Shown: in pieces, positions 8,907-17,400 of the stretch | Position numbering within the stretch: position 1 is the stretch's first letter | Layout of the letters: every line of letters begins with the position of its first letter | Assembly: GCA_050012755.1 (NCBI GenBank) | Contig: JBEKGO010000040.1 | Span: 1-17,449 of the forward strand | Direction of reading: 5' to 3' | DNA from: Candidatus Bathyarchaeia archaeon | Lineage (GTDB): Archaea > Thermoproteota > Bathyarchaeia > Bathyarchaeales > Bathycorpusculaceae | Length of the DNA stretch: 17,449 nt | Position numbers and translations under genes: made by a program | The notes under the pieces: model-generated | Seen by the model: the letters and a program-made list of their open reading frames with translations, nothing else | What the model was told of the DNA's origin: nothing | The model's database searches: none

Positions 8907-9371
8907 ATGAGCGAAGTGGACCTTAGGGTCTCGAAAATCAAAGACGGCACAGTTATCGACCATATCCGAGGCGGATACGCATTAGACGTCATTAAAATCT
9001 TGGGGATAACAGGTAAGGAAAAACGCGTTATCACCATCGCCGTTAACGTTCCAAGCAAACGTTTCAAAGTCAAAGACATAGTAAAAATTGAAGGGCGAGC
9101 CCTAAACTCACAGGAAGTTAACCGAATTGCCTTCGTAGCTCCACATGCATCAATTAACATTATCCACGACTACAAAGTGGATGAAAAACTCGAGGTTAAG
9201 CTTCCGAAAGTCATTGAAGGCATAATCAAATGCGTAAATCCATGTTGCATAAGCAACAGCGACGAACCCATCTCCTCAAAATTTTACGTAAAAAATGAAG
9301 AACCATTACTGCTAAAATGCCATTACTGTGGCATAACATTGGAACAATCTGACATTCTACAACAACTCTAA
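8907..9371 (+). CDS. pyrI: Aspartate carbamoyltransferase regulatory subunit
   Basis: LRVSKIKDGTVIDHI, KDIVKIEG, Zn ligands CVNPCCIS and CHYC. AGGAG upstream. Confidence 0.97.
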   Translation: MSEVDLRVSKIKDGTVIDHIRGGYALDVIKILGITGKEKRVITIAVNVPSKRFKVKDIVKIEGRALNSQEVNRIAFVAPHASINIIHDYKVDEKLEVKLPKVIEGIIKCVNPCCISNSDEPISSKFYVKNEEPLLLKCHYCGITLEQSDILQQL

Positions 9372-9793
9372 GGCAATCTTTCTTGTGCTAAATCAAACAA
9401 ATTTTCAAAATCAATTATGCTGAAATCTTTGCCTTGACCTATTCCGGGGCATTCAAGCGTAAAATCAAAAACATGCAATTGTTTGTACTTATCAAATTTA
9501 AGTTCAAAAGGATAAAACCTGCAAATCAACGGCCTCATCTGGTAAATAGTACATCGGCTTTTTTTTAGGAAAACACATTTGCCTTCACTTGTCTTTTTCA
9601 TCTCGTACTCAAAAGGAAGCTTGTCCGCAATTTGAAATGAAAAATCAGTCACGTCTCGAGAAGTGTGTGAAGCGAGAATTTTTGCTTCGGCTTCTAAAAG
9701 GAGGATATGCCTTGTTTTTTGTTTAGTGTCTTTGCAACATAAACCGCATCGGCTACAACTGAAATGCATATTAGCTGGATAGGTGAAATCCAC
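9368..9793 (-). CDS. YkgJ family cysteine-cluster (CxxCxxCC) protein
   Basis: FSCSRCGLCC, CVFL...CTIYQMRPLICRFYPF, CPGIG. GTG start. Confidence 0.9.
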   Translation of the reverse strand: MDFTYPANMHFSCSRCGLCCKDTKQKTRHILLLEAEAKILASHTSRDVTDFSFQIADKLPFEYEMKKTSEGKCVFLKKSRCTIYQMRPLICRFYPFELKFDKYKQLHVFDFTLECPGIGQGKDFSIIDFENLFDLAQERLP

Positions 9794-9843
9794 TTTTGTT
9801 CAACAAGTAAAGCTTGAAGCAAGCGCCATAAAAAACTTCGCCA

Positions 9844-10173
9844 CTACTTGCTGTTTTTTTCAGGCTGTTTATCGCGGTGACCTTCGCCATATTGGAAAGG
9901 ACGGTGAAGATTTTTCTCAAGTTTCTTTTTGAATACTTCATCCATGTTCATATGCGGGCAGGCTAAGCGGCTTGCATCCAGGATGTAGAAGATGACGTCG
10001 ATGAGTTCTTCAGATATTTTCTCTTCTGGCAAACCTTTTTTCCAAGCGTCGCTGGCTTCGCCGAGTTCGATGAAGGCGAAAAGCAGTTTTTTCGGAATAT
10101 CCTCAGGCTTATTATAGAATCCTTTGGCGACAACAAGAGCTTCAATTTCTTTCTTCATCTCTTCCAATTGCAA
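9844..10173 (-). CDS. MazG-like nucleotide pyrophosphohydrolase
   Basis: ELGEASDAWKK...EELIDVIFY and KKLEKNLHR match the all-alpha NTP pyrophosphatase pattern. TTG start with GAGGG upstream. Confidence 0.85.
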   Translation of the reverse strand: MQLEEMKKEIEALVVAKGFYNKPEDIPKKLLFAFIELGEASDAWKKGLPEEKISEELIDVIFYILDASRLACPHMNMDEVFKKKLEKNLHRPFQYGEGHRDKQPEKNSK

Positions 10174-10228
10174 CTTATTTTTCCCTCAAGCGCTTACAAA
10201 AACTATAGCGCCCTTATTTATAGTTAAG

Positions 10229-10455
10229 TCATGGCAGCGAAAGCATCCAGACGGTTGTGACTGATGCGGCGCTACCACAAATTCTTATTTGCCTTAAAAC
10301 GCCTGGAATATTACCCACAAACATAACGAGTCGTTTGGTAGGCAAACCTGCTGCCATGATATGGCTCCGTCCCTAATTTGTACTATGGGGCTTAGGCTCC
10401 CAAATGCGCATTTCTGGGCATCCTATCGGCAAAAAGGGTGCATGCCAAACGGCAT
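10229..10455. ncRNA. Candidate structured RNA (unassigned family)
   Basis: Perfect 10-bp terminal inverted repeat (10229-10238 / 10350-10359) enclosing two further stems, followed by several hairpins. No convincing ORF and no recognised family motif. Confidence 0.35.
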
Positions 10456-10498
10456 CTACTAACATCATTTTTGAAAAATTCTCGCATTTCAGCAAAAA

Positions 10499-11737
10499 TT
10501 ATTTTGGTGTAAGAATAACTGTTGATAGACAATCCTGTTGAAGATAAGTGTTAGCAGCCTCAATTATGTCCTCGCTTGAAACAGCCTTAACCTTAGCGAT
10601 GTGGTCAATCAATGCTTTTTCACTTCTAAATTGCATTTCCATGTAAGCAAGAATCTCTGAGCATTCCTGAGGATCATCCATCCCCCTTAGACTAGCACCC
10701 ACTATCAGATTCTTGGTTCTTTCAAGTTCATCGACAGTAACCTTTTTGGTCCTCAGCTTAGCTAATTCTTTAAGAATTAGTCTTTTAGCTTTAACTAAAT
10801 TTTTATCCTTCACGGCACAGTTAATGTTGAAAAAACCGAAATCTAAACCCTTGTTGTGGTCCGAATTCACATCATAGGTTAACGCATTCTTCTCTCGCAG
10901 CTCTATAAATAACCGTGAATTTGTACCTCCACTAAGCAAGGCACTAATCAAATCCAGAACAGGCGCATCACGATGAGTTGAACAAACTGTTCTCGCACCC
11001 ATGTTCAGGTAGGCTTGGGTTATTCCAGCCTTTTTCTCAACAACCAAAGGTACAGACTTGTCAGTTTCAACGGGAATCAACTTTTTCGGAGGCGTCTTTT
11101 CATAACTATTGCTCTTGAAGTTTCTAAGAACCGACGCAGCGGTTTCTTCGGTGAAATTGCCTGTCAAAATTAATATCATGTTTTGGGGAATATAATTGGT
11201 CTGATGTGCTTTACTCAATTCTTCTAAAGTTAATCGTCTTACGGTTTTCGGAAAGCCTCCGACTGGGCGATTCACAGGGTGTTTATTAAACAAACTCTTC
11301 AATAGTAATTCTTCAATTCTTTCTGCAGGGTCATCCAACGCTTCGGCCAATTCGTTGAGGATTATTTTGCGTTCTTGCCTGAATTTTTCTTCTTCAAAAT
11401 CCGTATTAAAAAGCAATTCCGAAATAATAAAAGAGGCTTCGGTTAATTTCTCAGGCAAAATATCCATCCTAGTCATCATGTGCTCGTGATCCGTATAGAA
11501 ATCCAAAATTCCACCAGAATTCTCAATGCTCCGTGACAGTTGTATCCTTTTTGCCGAGCCTCCAGCAAGCATGTGCTCGATGAAATGGGCGACCCCAGCG
11601 ATTTCTTTGGGTTCTTGATTTGATCCGTATTCAACCCCGATGGATAGTTGCGTTGTGTTTGCAGTTTGCCTGGGAAACTCTAACACTGTTAAACCGTTTG
11701 AAAGTGTGTTCCTGCGCCAAAACATGGCTTTGCTCAT
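10499..11737 (-). CDS. M16 family (pitrilysin-like) zinc peptidase
   Basis: TLSNGLTV, GVAHFIEHML (HxxEH inverted Zn motif), ERKIILNE, SRLFIELREKNALTY. Start likely at ATG 11737 or 11725 rather than 11776. Confidence 0.93.
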   Translation of the reverse strand: MSKAMFWRRNTLSNGLTVLEFPRQTANTTQLSIGVEYGSNQEPKEIAGVAHFIEHMLAGGSAKRIQLSRSIENSGGILDFYTDHEHMMTRMDILPEKLTEASFIISELLFNTDFEEEKFRQERKIILNELAEALDDPAERIEELLLKSLFNKHPVNRPVGGFPKTVRRLTLEELSKAHQTNYIPQNMILILTGNFTEETAASVLRNFKSNSYEKTPPKKLIPVETDKSVPLVVEKKAGITQAYLNMGARTVCSTHRDAPVLDLISALLSGGTNSRLFIELREKNALTYDVNSDHNKGLDFGFFNINCAVKDKNLVKAKRLILKELAKLRTKKVTVDELERTKNLIVGASLRGMDDPQECSEILAYMEMQFRSEKALIDHIAKVKAVSSEDIIEAANTYLQQDCLSTVILTPK

Positions 11738-11906
11738 ATCCCAAATCAAACAAGCCCTTCTAAAAAACATTAACAAAGCGAATTATCACCTCGTTCGTTT
11801 GTTTTGCCGAAAATTAAGAAACGAGTTGTTGGACAGTTGGATTTTGTTATGTCAAAATTCACAATATTTATTAAGACTTAAGATACATGTTGATTTAAGT
11901 GAAAAC

Positions 11907-12152
11907 ATGACGCTAACCCTACCAACAGTACATCCCAAATTGCGGCTGCTAATACATGGTTTAGGTCTAAGCAGTCTAGGAAGCGCATTGTTTTTACAAA
12001 CAACCGTTTTCACCAGCATACTCCAAAACGGCTACTTCAGAGGAATAGAAGGAAACCACCTGATTCTCAACTCAGAAATTGCATTAACCGGCGTAGCCAT
12101 CGCATACTTTGGATACATGTTCTTACGTTTTATTTTCTCCACCAGCAAATAA
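11907..12152 (+). CDS. Small two-TM membrane protein
   Basis: In-frame ATG at 11907 within the 11640..12152 ORF gives 81 aa with two hydrophobic segments and removes the overlap with the peptidase. Confidence 0.7.
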   Translation: MTLTLPTVHPKLRLLIHGLGLSSLGSALFLQTTVFTSILQNGYFRGIEGNHLILNSEIALTGVAIAYFGYMFLRFIFSTSK

Positions 12153-12253
12153 ACAACCATCCCACTTAGTAAGCAAACTTTCGTTTTACTGAAAATGAAC
12201 TTGGCTAATTTCTATGTAAATAAAAAATGGAGAAGGAAAATAGAGTGTTGAGT

Positions 12254-12676
12254 TTAATCTATCTTCCATTTCTTAGCTACCTTCACTATAATGAACACTA
12301 TGAATGCCACTATAATGAAGGTAATTAGAGCCACTAAAAAGTCGCCTATGCTAAAGATTTGACCCGTGTAGCCTGTAGGAGGGTTTCCGCTGGCGTCGAA
12401 TGTTGTTGACGGAATGGCAACTTTCAAAGTAGAAAAGTTTACCCCGCCGATAGCTAAGCCTATGAGGGGCATAATGAAGTCTTTGACGAGTGCTTGCACT
12501 ACTCCACCTAAATATAAGCCTATGACAAAAGCAACAGCTAAGCCAAGAACCTTGTAACCCTTAAGGAAATCTTTGAATTCATTCCATAATCCTTTCGGAG
12601 GCGCTGGCGGAGGAGCTTTTTCAAGAGCTTCTCTAATCTTCTTCAACTCTTCTAGCATTTGGTCTTCTTTTTCCAT
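12254..12676 (-). CDS. mscL: Large-conductance mechanosensitive channel
   Basis: LWNEFKDFL...VLGLAVAFVIG...VVQALVKDFIMPLIG and IGDFLVALITFIIVAFIVF. Confidence 0.92.
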   Translation of the reverse strand: MEKEDQMLEELKKIREALEKAPPPAPPKGLWNEFKDFLKGYKVLGLAVAFVIGLYLGGVVQALVKDFIMPLIGLAIGGVNFSTLKVAIPSTTFDASGNPPTGYTGQIFSIGDFLVALITFIIVAFIVFIIVKVAKKWKID

Positions 12677-12858
12677 TTTGATTACCGAGAGCTATTATGT
12701 TGATATTTGTTTTAATATTTTGCTGTGGTGGTGAGTTTTGTTTATAAATGAAGCACATTTATGTTTGCAATTACGCATTTGTTTAGATATCGAGCATTTG
12801 TTGAAAGATAGATCGGAAAACCTAAGATGCAGTCGCAGTTAACGTTTCTTCTTTGAAT

Positions 12859-13659
12859 CTATCTGTTTGTTAGCTTATTAATTGAAATCCAAGCTGCTAG
12901 TAACGCTGCAACGATTAAGGCGCTGATTTCAGTCAGGAAAAATACCGGTGAATTAGAACTGTGGTTGAGACCGATTCCCACTAATGCCCAAATAATTACC
13001 AGCGCGTAGGCAATGTCTCTTCGAGTAGCAATTACAAGGGCTGTAATAATCAAAACAAGGACAACAATTAATGCGGCCCATATCTGCGCATTTAGTCCGA
13101 AACCAGCCCAATTCAGCGACACAAGCGTTGTTGCTACGTTAGCAATTGAGGCGACGGTAATCCAGCCTAGATAAACGCTAAATGGAACGTAAACGGCTAG
13201 TTTCTCTCTGGGAGGAGCATTTGTTTTTCCTATTCCCACTCTGACATAAATAAGAATCAGAGATGCCAGAAGCAAAAACATGACGGGTACAGTGACTGTT
13301 AAAAATTCAAATTGCCAAAGAAAAAGCCAAACAACGTTTGCTATGCAGCTAAGTACGAATAGCCAGCCGATTTTGCTTTGGAAACTTTTGCCCTGTTGGC
13401 TTGGTAATGCTTGATAGACAACAAAGACTCCAAGCAAAATGTAGATTATTCCCCAGATAGAGAAAACATAGCCCGCAGGCGTTATCAGCGTTGGAAATGA
13501 ATTAGAAACTTGGGCTGTGTTTCGTCCACCGATAACAGATGTTGCTCCAGCCAAACCATTAACAATCACTACTGCAACAAACGCCACTATGTTAACAAAT
13601 CTTCGGTAACTTGGGTTTCTATTTTCCAAGCTAAAGCCCCTAAACATTATTTGTTGCAT
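12859..13659 (-). CDS. Multi-pass membrane protein, tryptophan-rich sensory (TspO/MBR-like) family
   Basis: NTAQVSNSFPTLITPAGYVFSIWGIIY, NVVWLFLWQ, PFSVYLGWITVASIAN, DIAYALVIIWALVGI. About 8 TM segments. Start uncertain. Confidence 0.8.
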   Translation of the reverse strand: MQQIMFRGFSLENRNPSYRRFVNIVAFVAVVIVNGLAGATSVIGGRNTAQVSNSFPTLITPAGYVFSIWGIIYILLGVFVVYQALPSQQGKSFQSKIGWLFVLSCIANVVWLFLWQFEFLTVTVPVMFLLLASLILIYVRVGIGKTNAPPREKLAVYVPFSVYLGWITVASIANVATTLVSLNWAGFGLNAQIWAALIVVLVLIITALVIATRRDIAYALVIIWALVGIGLNHSSNSPVFFLTEISALIVAALLAAWISINKLTNR

Positions 13660-13794
13660 TCTATATATAACTTCTAAGGCATTGTTTCTGAAGCTGGATC
13701 TTTATAATGGTCTGGTTTTTGTGCAGTTTTTGTTCTTTGTGTCTTGGGTTGTTTTTTTAATTTGGAGCTTAAATTGTTTGCAGGTTGAGTCTCA

Positions 13795-13844
13795 AAATGT
13801 AAGGAAATGTAAGAATCTGTAAAAAAATGTAAAGAAATGTAAGA
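13795..13844 (+). repeat. 5 x 10-bp tandem repeat, core TGTAA
   Basis: aaatgtaagg aaatgtaaga atctgtaaaa aaatgtaaag aaatgtaaga. Confidence 0.92.
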
Positions 13845-13967
13845 AAAAGGAAAAGACAGGTTGGACATATTGTGTCCGTAATCAGTTATTGACGGTTTTT
13901 TTGTGCGGTTTCTTTTGTTTGTATTTTGATTTGTTTTTTGGTTTGCACTTTGATTTGTTTGTTGGTT

Positions 13968-13997
13968 GAGTGAAAAAAAGTGAAATTAAGTGAAGGC
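13968..13997 (+). repeat. 3 x 10-bp tandem repeat, core AGTGAA
   Basis: gagtgaaaaa aagtgaaatt aagtgaaggc. Confidence 0.75.
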
Positions 13998-14090
13998 GAT
14001 CAGTTCCGTTTTTTGGCGCAAATTTTGCTCTTTGTGATCCAGTTTGCTTTTTTGGTTCAGGGTTTAAATTGTTTGCAGGTTGAGTAAACA

Positions 14091-14160
14091 GTGGCAAACC
14101 TATGCAAAAGGAAGCAAACAGAAGCACAAGCAAGCACACCTGCGCAAACCTAAGCAAAAC
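14091..14160 (+). repeat. 7 x 10-bp tandem repeat, core GCA(A/C)A
   Basis: gtggcaaacc tatgcaaaag gaagcaaaca gaagcacaag caagcacacc tgcgcaaacc taagcaaaac. Confidence 0.88.
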
Positions 14161-14230
14161 CATCCCCCATTTTTTGCTCTTTATGGTTTAAGTTGCTTTT
14201 CTGTTTAGAAGCTTGATTTCTCTGCAGGCT

Positions 14231-14310
14231 GCGTCACTACGCGTCACCATACGTCATACAACGTCACTAAACGTCACTACACGTCACAAAACGTCACAGA
14301 ACGTCACCAA
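14231..14310 (+). repeat. 8 x 10-bp tandem repeat, core RCGTCAC
   Basis: gcgtcactac gcgtcaccat acgtcataca acgtcactaa acgtcactac acgtcacaaa acgtcacaga acgtcaccaa. Confidence 0.96.
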
Positions 14311-14433
14311 CTATCAAAAGTATTCATGCCATTAACTCAAAAAAACCCTTTGAAACTGGGGTTCAGAGAGGAAACAGGCTGCAAACTCCAAAATTAAGAA
14401 AAGAAAATGAAAAAAGAAAAAGTGGTTTTCTTT

Positions 14434-17400
14434 CTAGGGTGTTGTTGCAGGTTTAGCAGCGGTTTCTGCTTGCTTCTTTCTTCTTCGTCTGCGGTAAGCC
14501 ACCAGTGCGAGTAAAAGAAACATTAGCACCAAGATAATTAGGAAGAATATTGCAACTATCGATAAGCTTGAGCTGAATTGCGGTTGATAATTCCCTTGAA
14601 TCATGGTTGGCATTTCAACCGTTACTGGCGAAGTAGCATTAGTGCCCGTTAAAGCATAGACCTTGTTAGCTGCCGTAGTTGGAATGTTGTCTGCAAATTT
14701 GAAGCTCACGCTGCCAAGGTTGTTAACCCACATTGCGTCTGGAAGCTGACTGTAGCTTTCTGCGTTACCAGAGACCGTTACTATAGTTCCTTTAGCATCT
14801 GACGCTATGCCTTTTTGGCTGAATGTGACTTTGTATTGTGTTTGGTAATTGCCATTTATTGTTGTGGGCGCGGTAATTGTTGATGGTCTGTTATCGTTTA
14901 CGAAGATGCATTGGGTGTCGTCAGCTTTGTTTGCGATTGTTTGGGTGAATGTTCCTTTTGCGGCTGTTCCTGCGGTGGTCCATTCGTCAGCTGGGACGGT
15001 TACTGGCAATTTGTTGCCGGTCGCTGTGTAAGTGACGAGGTATTGGTTTTGCCATGAGGCGGTTTCAGTGATTGGACTATTCATTGTGACTGTTGAGGTT
15101 GCAGATGAGCCTGTGTAGGCGCCACTTCCTGTTCCAGTCCATCCTGCGAAAGCATATCTAGCGCCTGTTCCATGGCTGATTGTTTGGCTTGTACCTATGT
15201 TAGCTTGTGATCCAGCGGCGTACCAGCCTTGGCCAGTGGGGTTTCCGTATTGAGAGTTTATGGTTAGATAGTATTGGGTGTTCCAGTTAGCCGTGGCGGT
15301 TTTGGGGCTGTTCATAGTGATGCTATTGCTTGTTAGAGCTGAGCCGGATGCGTCGCCGCTCCAAGTTGTAAAGAGGTATTGCACGCCAGTGGCTCCTGAA
15401 ATGGTTCCGCTGTTTATGCTTGCTGTTGCTGTTGATCCGCTGTCATACCACCCTGCACCATTCACCGTGCCGTACGCTGATGTAACTGTGAGGTAGTATT
15501 GTGTTTTGTAAGTTGCCTGTATCGTTGTTGGTTGCATTATTGAGGTTCTGTTATCGCTGATAAAGTTGCATCGAGTATTACCTTGACTGTTAACAACCTG
15601 TGCTGGAAATACGCCAGTGGCTGAACCTCCTGAATTAACCCATTCACTTGAAGGAACCGTAACAGCTAAAACATTACCGTTTGATGTGTAGGTTACCAAG
15701 TACTGGGTTTGATAGTTTATGTTTTGTGTCAGTTGTGCAGGCACGTTGATGGATCCTGAAGCTTGGTTTGCTGCATATCTTGTTTGACCAAGCTGAATGT
15801 AAGTTGGAGTGCTCCATGAATAGGTGGTTGCCGATGCGCCAGTTATTGTTATAGTACTCGTTGTTGAGGAGTAAACTGTGCCTCCGAAAGTAATATTCCA
15901 GCTTGTTCCAGTTGCCAACCCGCTCTCAGTGAATGTTACGGTGTACCCTGTTACTGTCAAAGTCGCCGATCCAGTAATTGAGGATGTAACAGTATCTGTG
16001 GCTGTAACCGTTTGAACACCTGCACTTGTCAAAGTTACGCTGAAAATCCCAGTGCCACCAGACAAAGCAGAATTACCAGGCAGAGTTCCAACAGATGTCG
16101 ATGTGAAATGAACTGTACCAGAATAACTCGTAACTCTATTACCAAATTGATCCACTGCTGTAACATTTGCGTTGAAAGCTATACCAACAGCGACTGAGGT
16201 TGGAGTAGAAACGATGAAGTGAGTAGTTGATCCAGTCGAGACACTGACTGTCACAGCGTTACTTGTTCCTGTAATCGAGACCGTTATTGTGTCAGTTGCA
16301 GTGATCGTTTGCGAACCTGCAGTTTTCAAGGCGACATTAAATGTTCCGGTGCCTAAAGTGAGAACCGAATTGACTGGTAAAGATGCCAAACCATCACTTG
16401 AAGTGAAATGAACGGTACCCGTATAATCTGTAACTCTGTTGCCGAACAGGTCTACTGCAGTAACATTAACAGAAACACTTGACCCTGCAGAAACAGCTGT
16501 CGGGGTCGCGGAAACAATGAAATTAGTAGCCCCAGCCTGAGTCACGGTCAAAGAAGCAGCATCAGTCTTAGAACTGAAAGTAGCAGTAACTGTGTAGGTG
16601 CCAGCAAGAGTGGAAGATACCAAGTTTCCTGTAACTGAGGCACCAGCAGAAACAGAGTAGGTGGCAGCAATGCTTCCTAAACTGTTATCAAATACGTCAA
16701 ATCCTAAAGTGGAATAGGCTTGGGAACCACCTACAGCGATTGTCGCCGTCTTTGGACTAATGACAATACGATTGAGAACACTTGGGGTTACAATCAAATA
16801 AGTCGATACACTTTTTCCGTCAACAAATGCTGCAATATTGTAAGAACCAGCATAAACTTCTGTAACAATGTTTCCGGAGATTGCTCCGCCGTTTACTGTA
16901 AAGGTCGCAGTCAAAGTTACAGAACCCAAGTCGTTGTTGTATTGATCAAAGGCTTCAACAGAGTAAGCCTGAGAACCACCTGCAGCAATTACAGCATTAA
17001 CAGGACTAATCGTTAGATGATCCAAGGATGCACCATTCACTGTTATGCCACTTTGAGAACCAGTAATCGTGGAAGTAACAGTGTCAGTCGCAGTAATCGA
17101 TTGAGACCCTTTAGTTTTCAAAGTAACTATGAAAGAACCAACACCATTTGTGAGAGCCGCGTTCGGAGGCAAAACCGCTGCACCGTCACTTGAAGTTATT
17201 TTAACAATGCCAGCGTAGTTTGTAACAGTATTACCATATGCGTCTTTGGCAGTTACCGTAACAGTGCCAGCAGAACCAGCATTCGTCGGATTGGGAAAAC
17301 CAGAAACGCCAAAGTTAGTAGCGCCGCCAGAAGCAGCCGTCACCAAAACAGAAGCAGAACCCGTAATCGACGCAGTAACCGTATCCGTCGCAGTCAAAGT

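Larger units (their letters stand above)
13716..14310 (-). repeat. Tandem array of four composite units (10-bp-period array + conserved ~70-75 nt element)
   Basis: Conserved elements at ~13716-13790, 13897-13971, 14011-14085 and 14165-14234 align almost without gaps. Each abuts a different 10-mer array. Confidence 0.9.

Noticed and set aside
6920-10145. ORFs 6920..7198, 8903..9160 and 9963..10145
   Set aside because: Each overlaps a better-supported gene in another frame or strand.
10229-10359. 5S rRNA, hammerhead ribozyme, RNase P or SRP RNA
   Set aside because: The size suits 5S but the CCGAAC/GUUAAG motifs are absent from the stem-enclosed region. CUGAUG is followed by C rather than A and the stems do not fit a hammerhead. 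No GAGGAAAGUCC or SRP helix-8 motif was found.
10229-10468. Minus-strand ORF with in-frame TAG (possible pyrrolysine readthrough)
   Set aside because: The joined ~79-codon product resembles no family I know, no pyl genes are in view, and the inverted repeats explain the region better.
11640-11906. N-terminal half of the 170-aa ORF
   Set aside because: It overlaps the peptidase start on the opposite strand and spans the divergent promoter region. ATG 11907 is more plausible.
13674-14163. ORFs 13674..13868 and 13882..14163 as genuine genes
   Set aside because: They run through the repeat units. A homologous unit has an in-frame stop and the other copy lacks the ATG.
13716-14310. CRISPR array
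   Set aside because: The constant parts are ~75 nt and divergent, the variable parts are internally repetitive and unequal in length, and no cas genes are in the window.
14375-14415. caggctgcaaac plus A-rich tract as a fifth, inverted element
   Set aside because: Only about 10 of 12 nt match and there is no adjacent 10-mer array. The tract is better explained as the T-rich terminator region of the surface protein gene.
14849-17016. Plus-strand ORFs inside the surface protein gene
   Set aside because: Antisense shadows of a biased, repetitive coding sequence.
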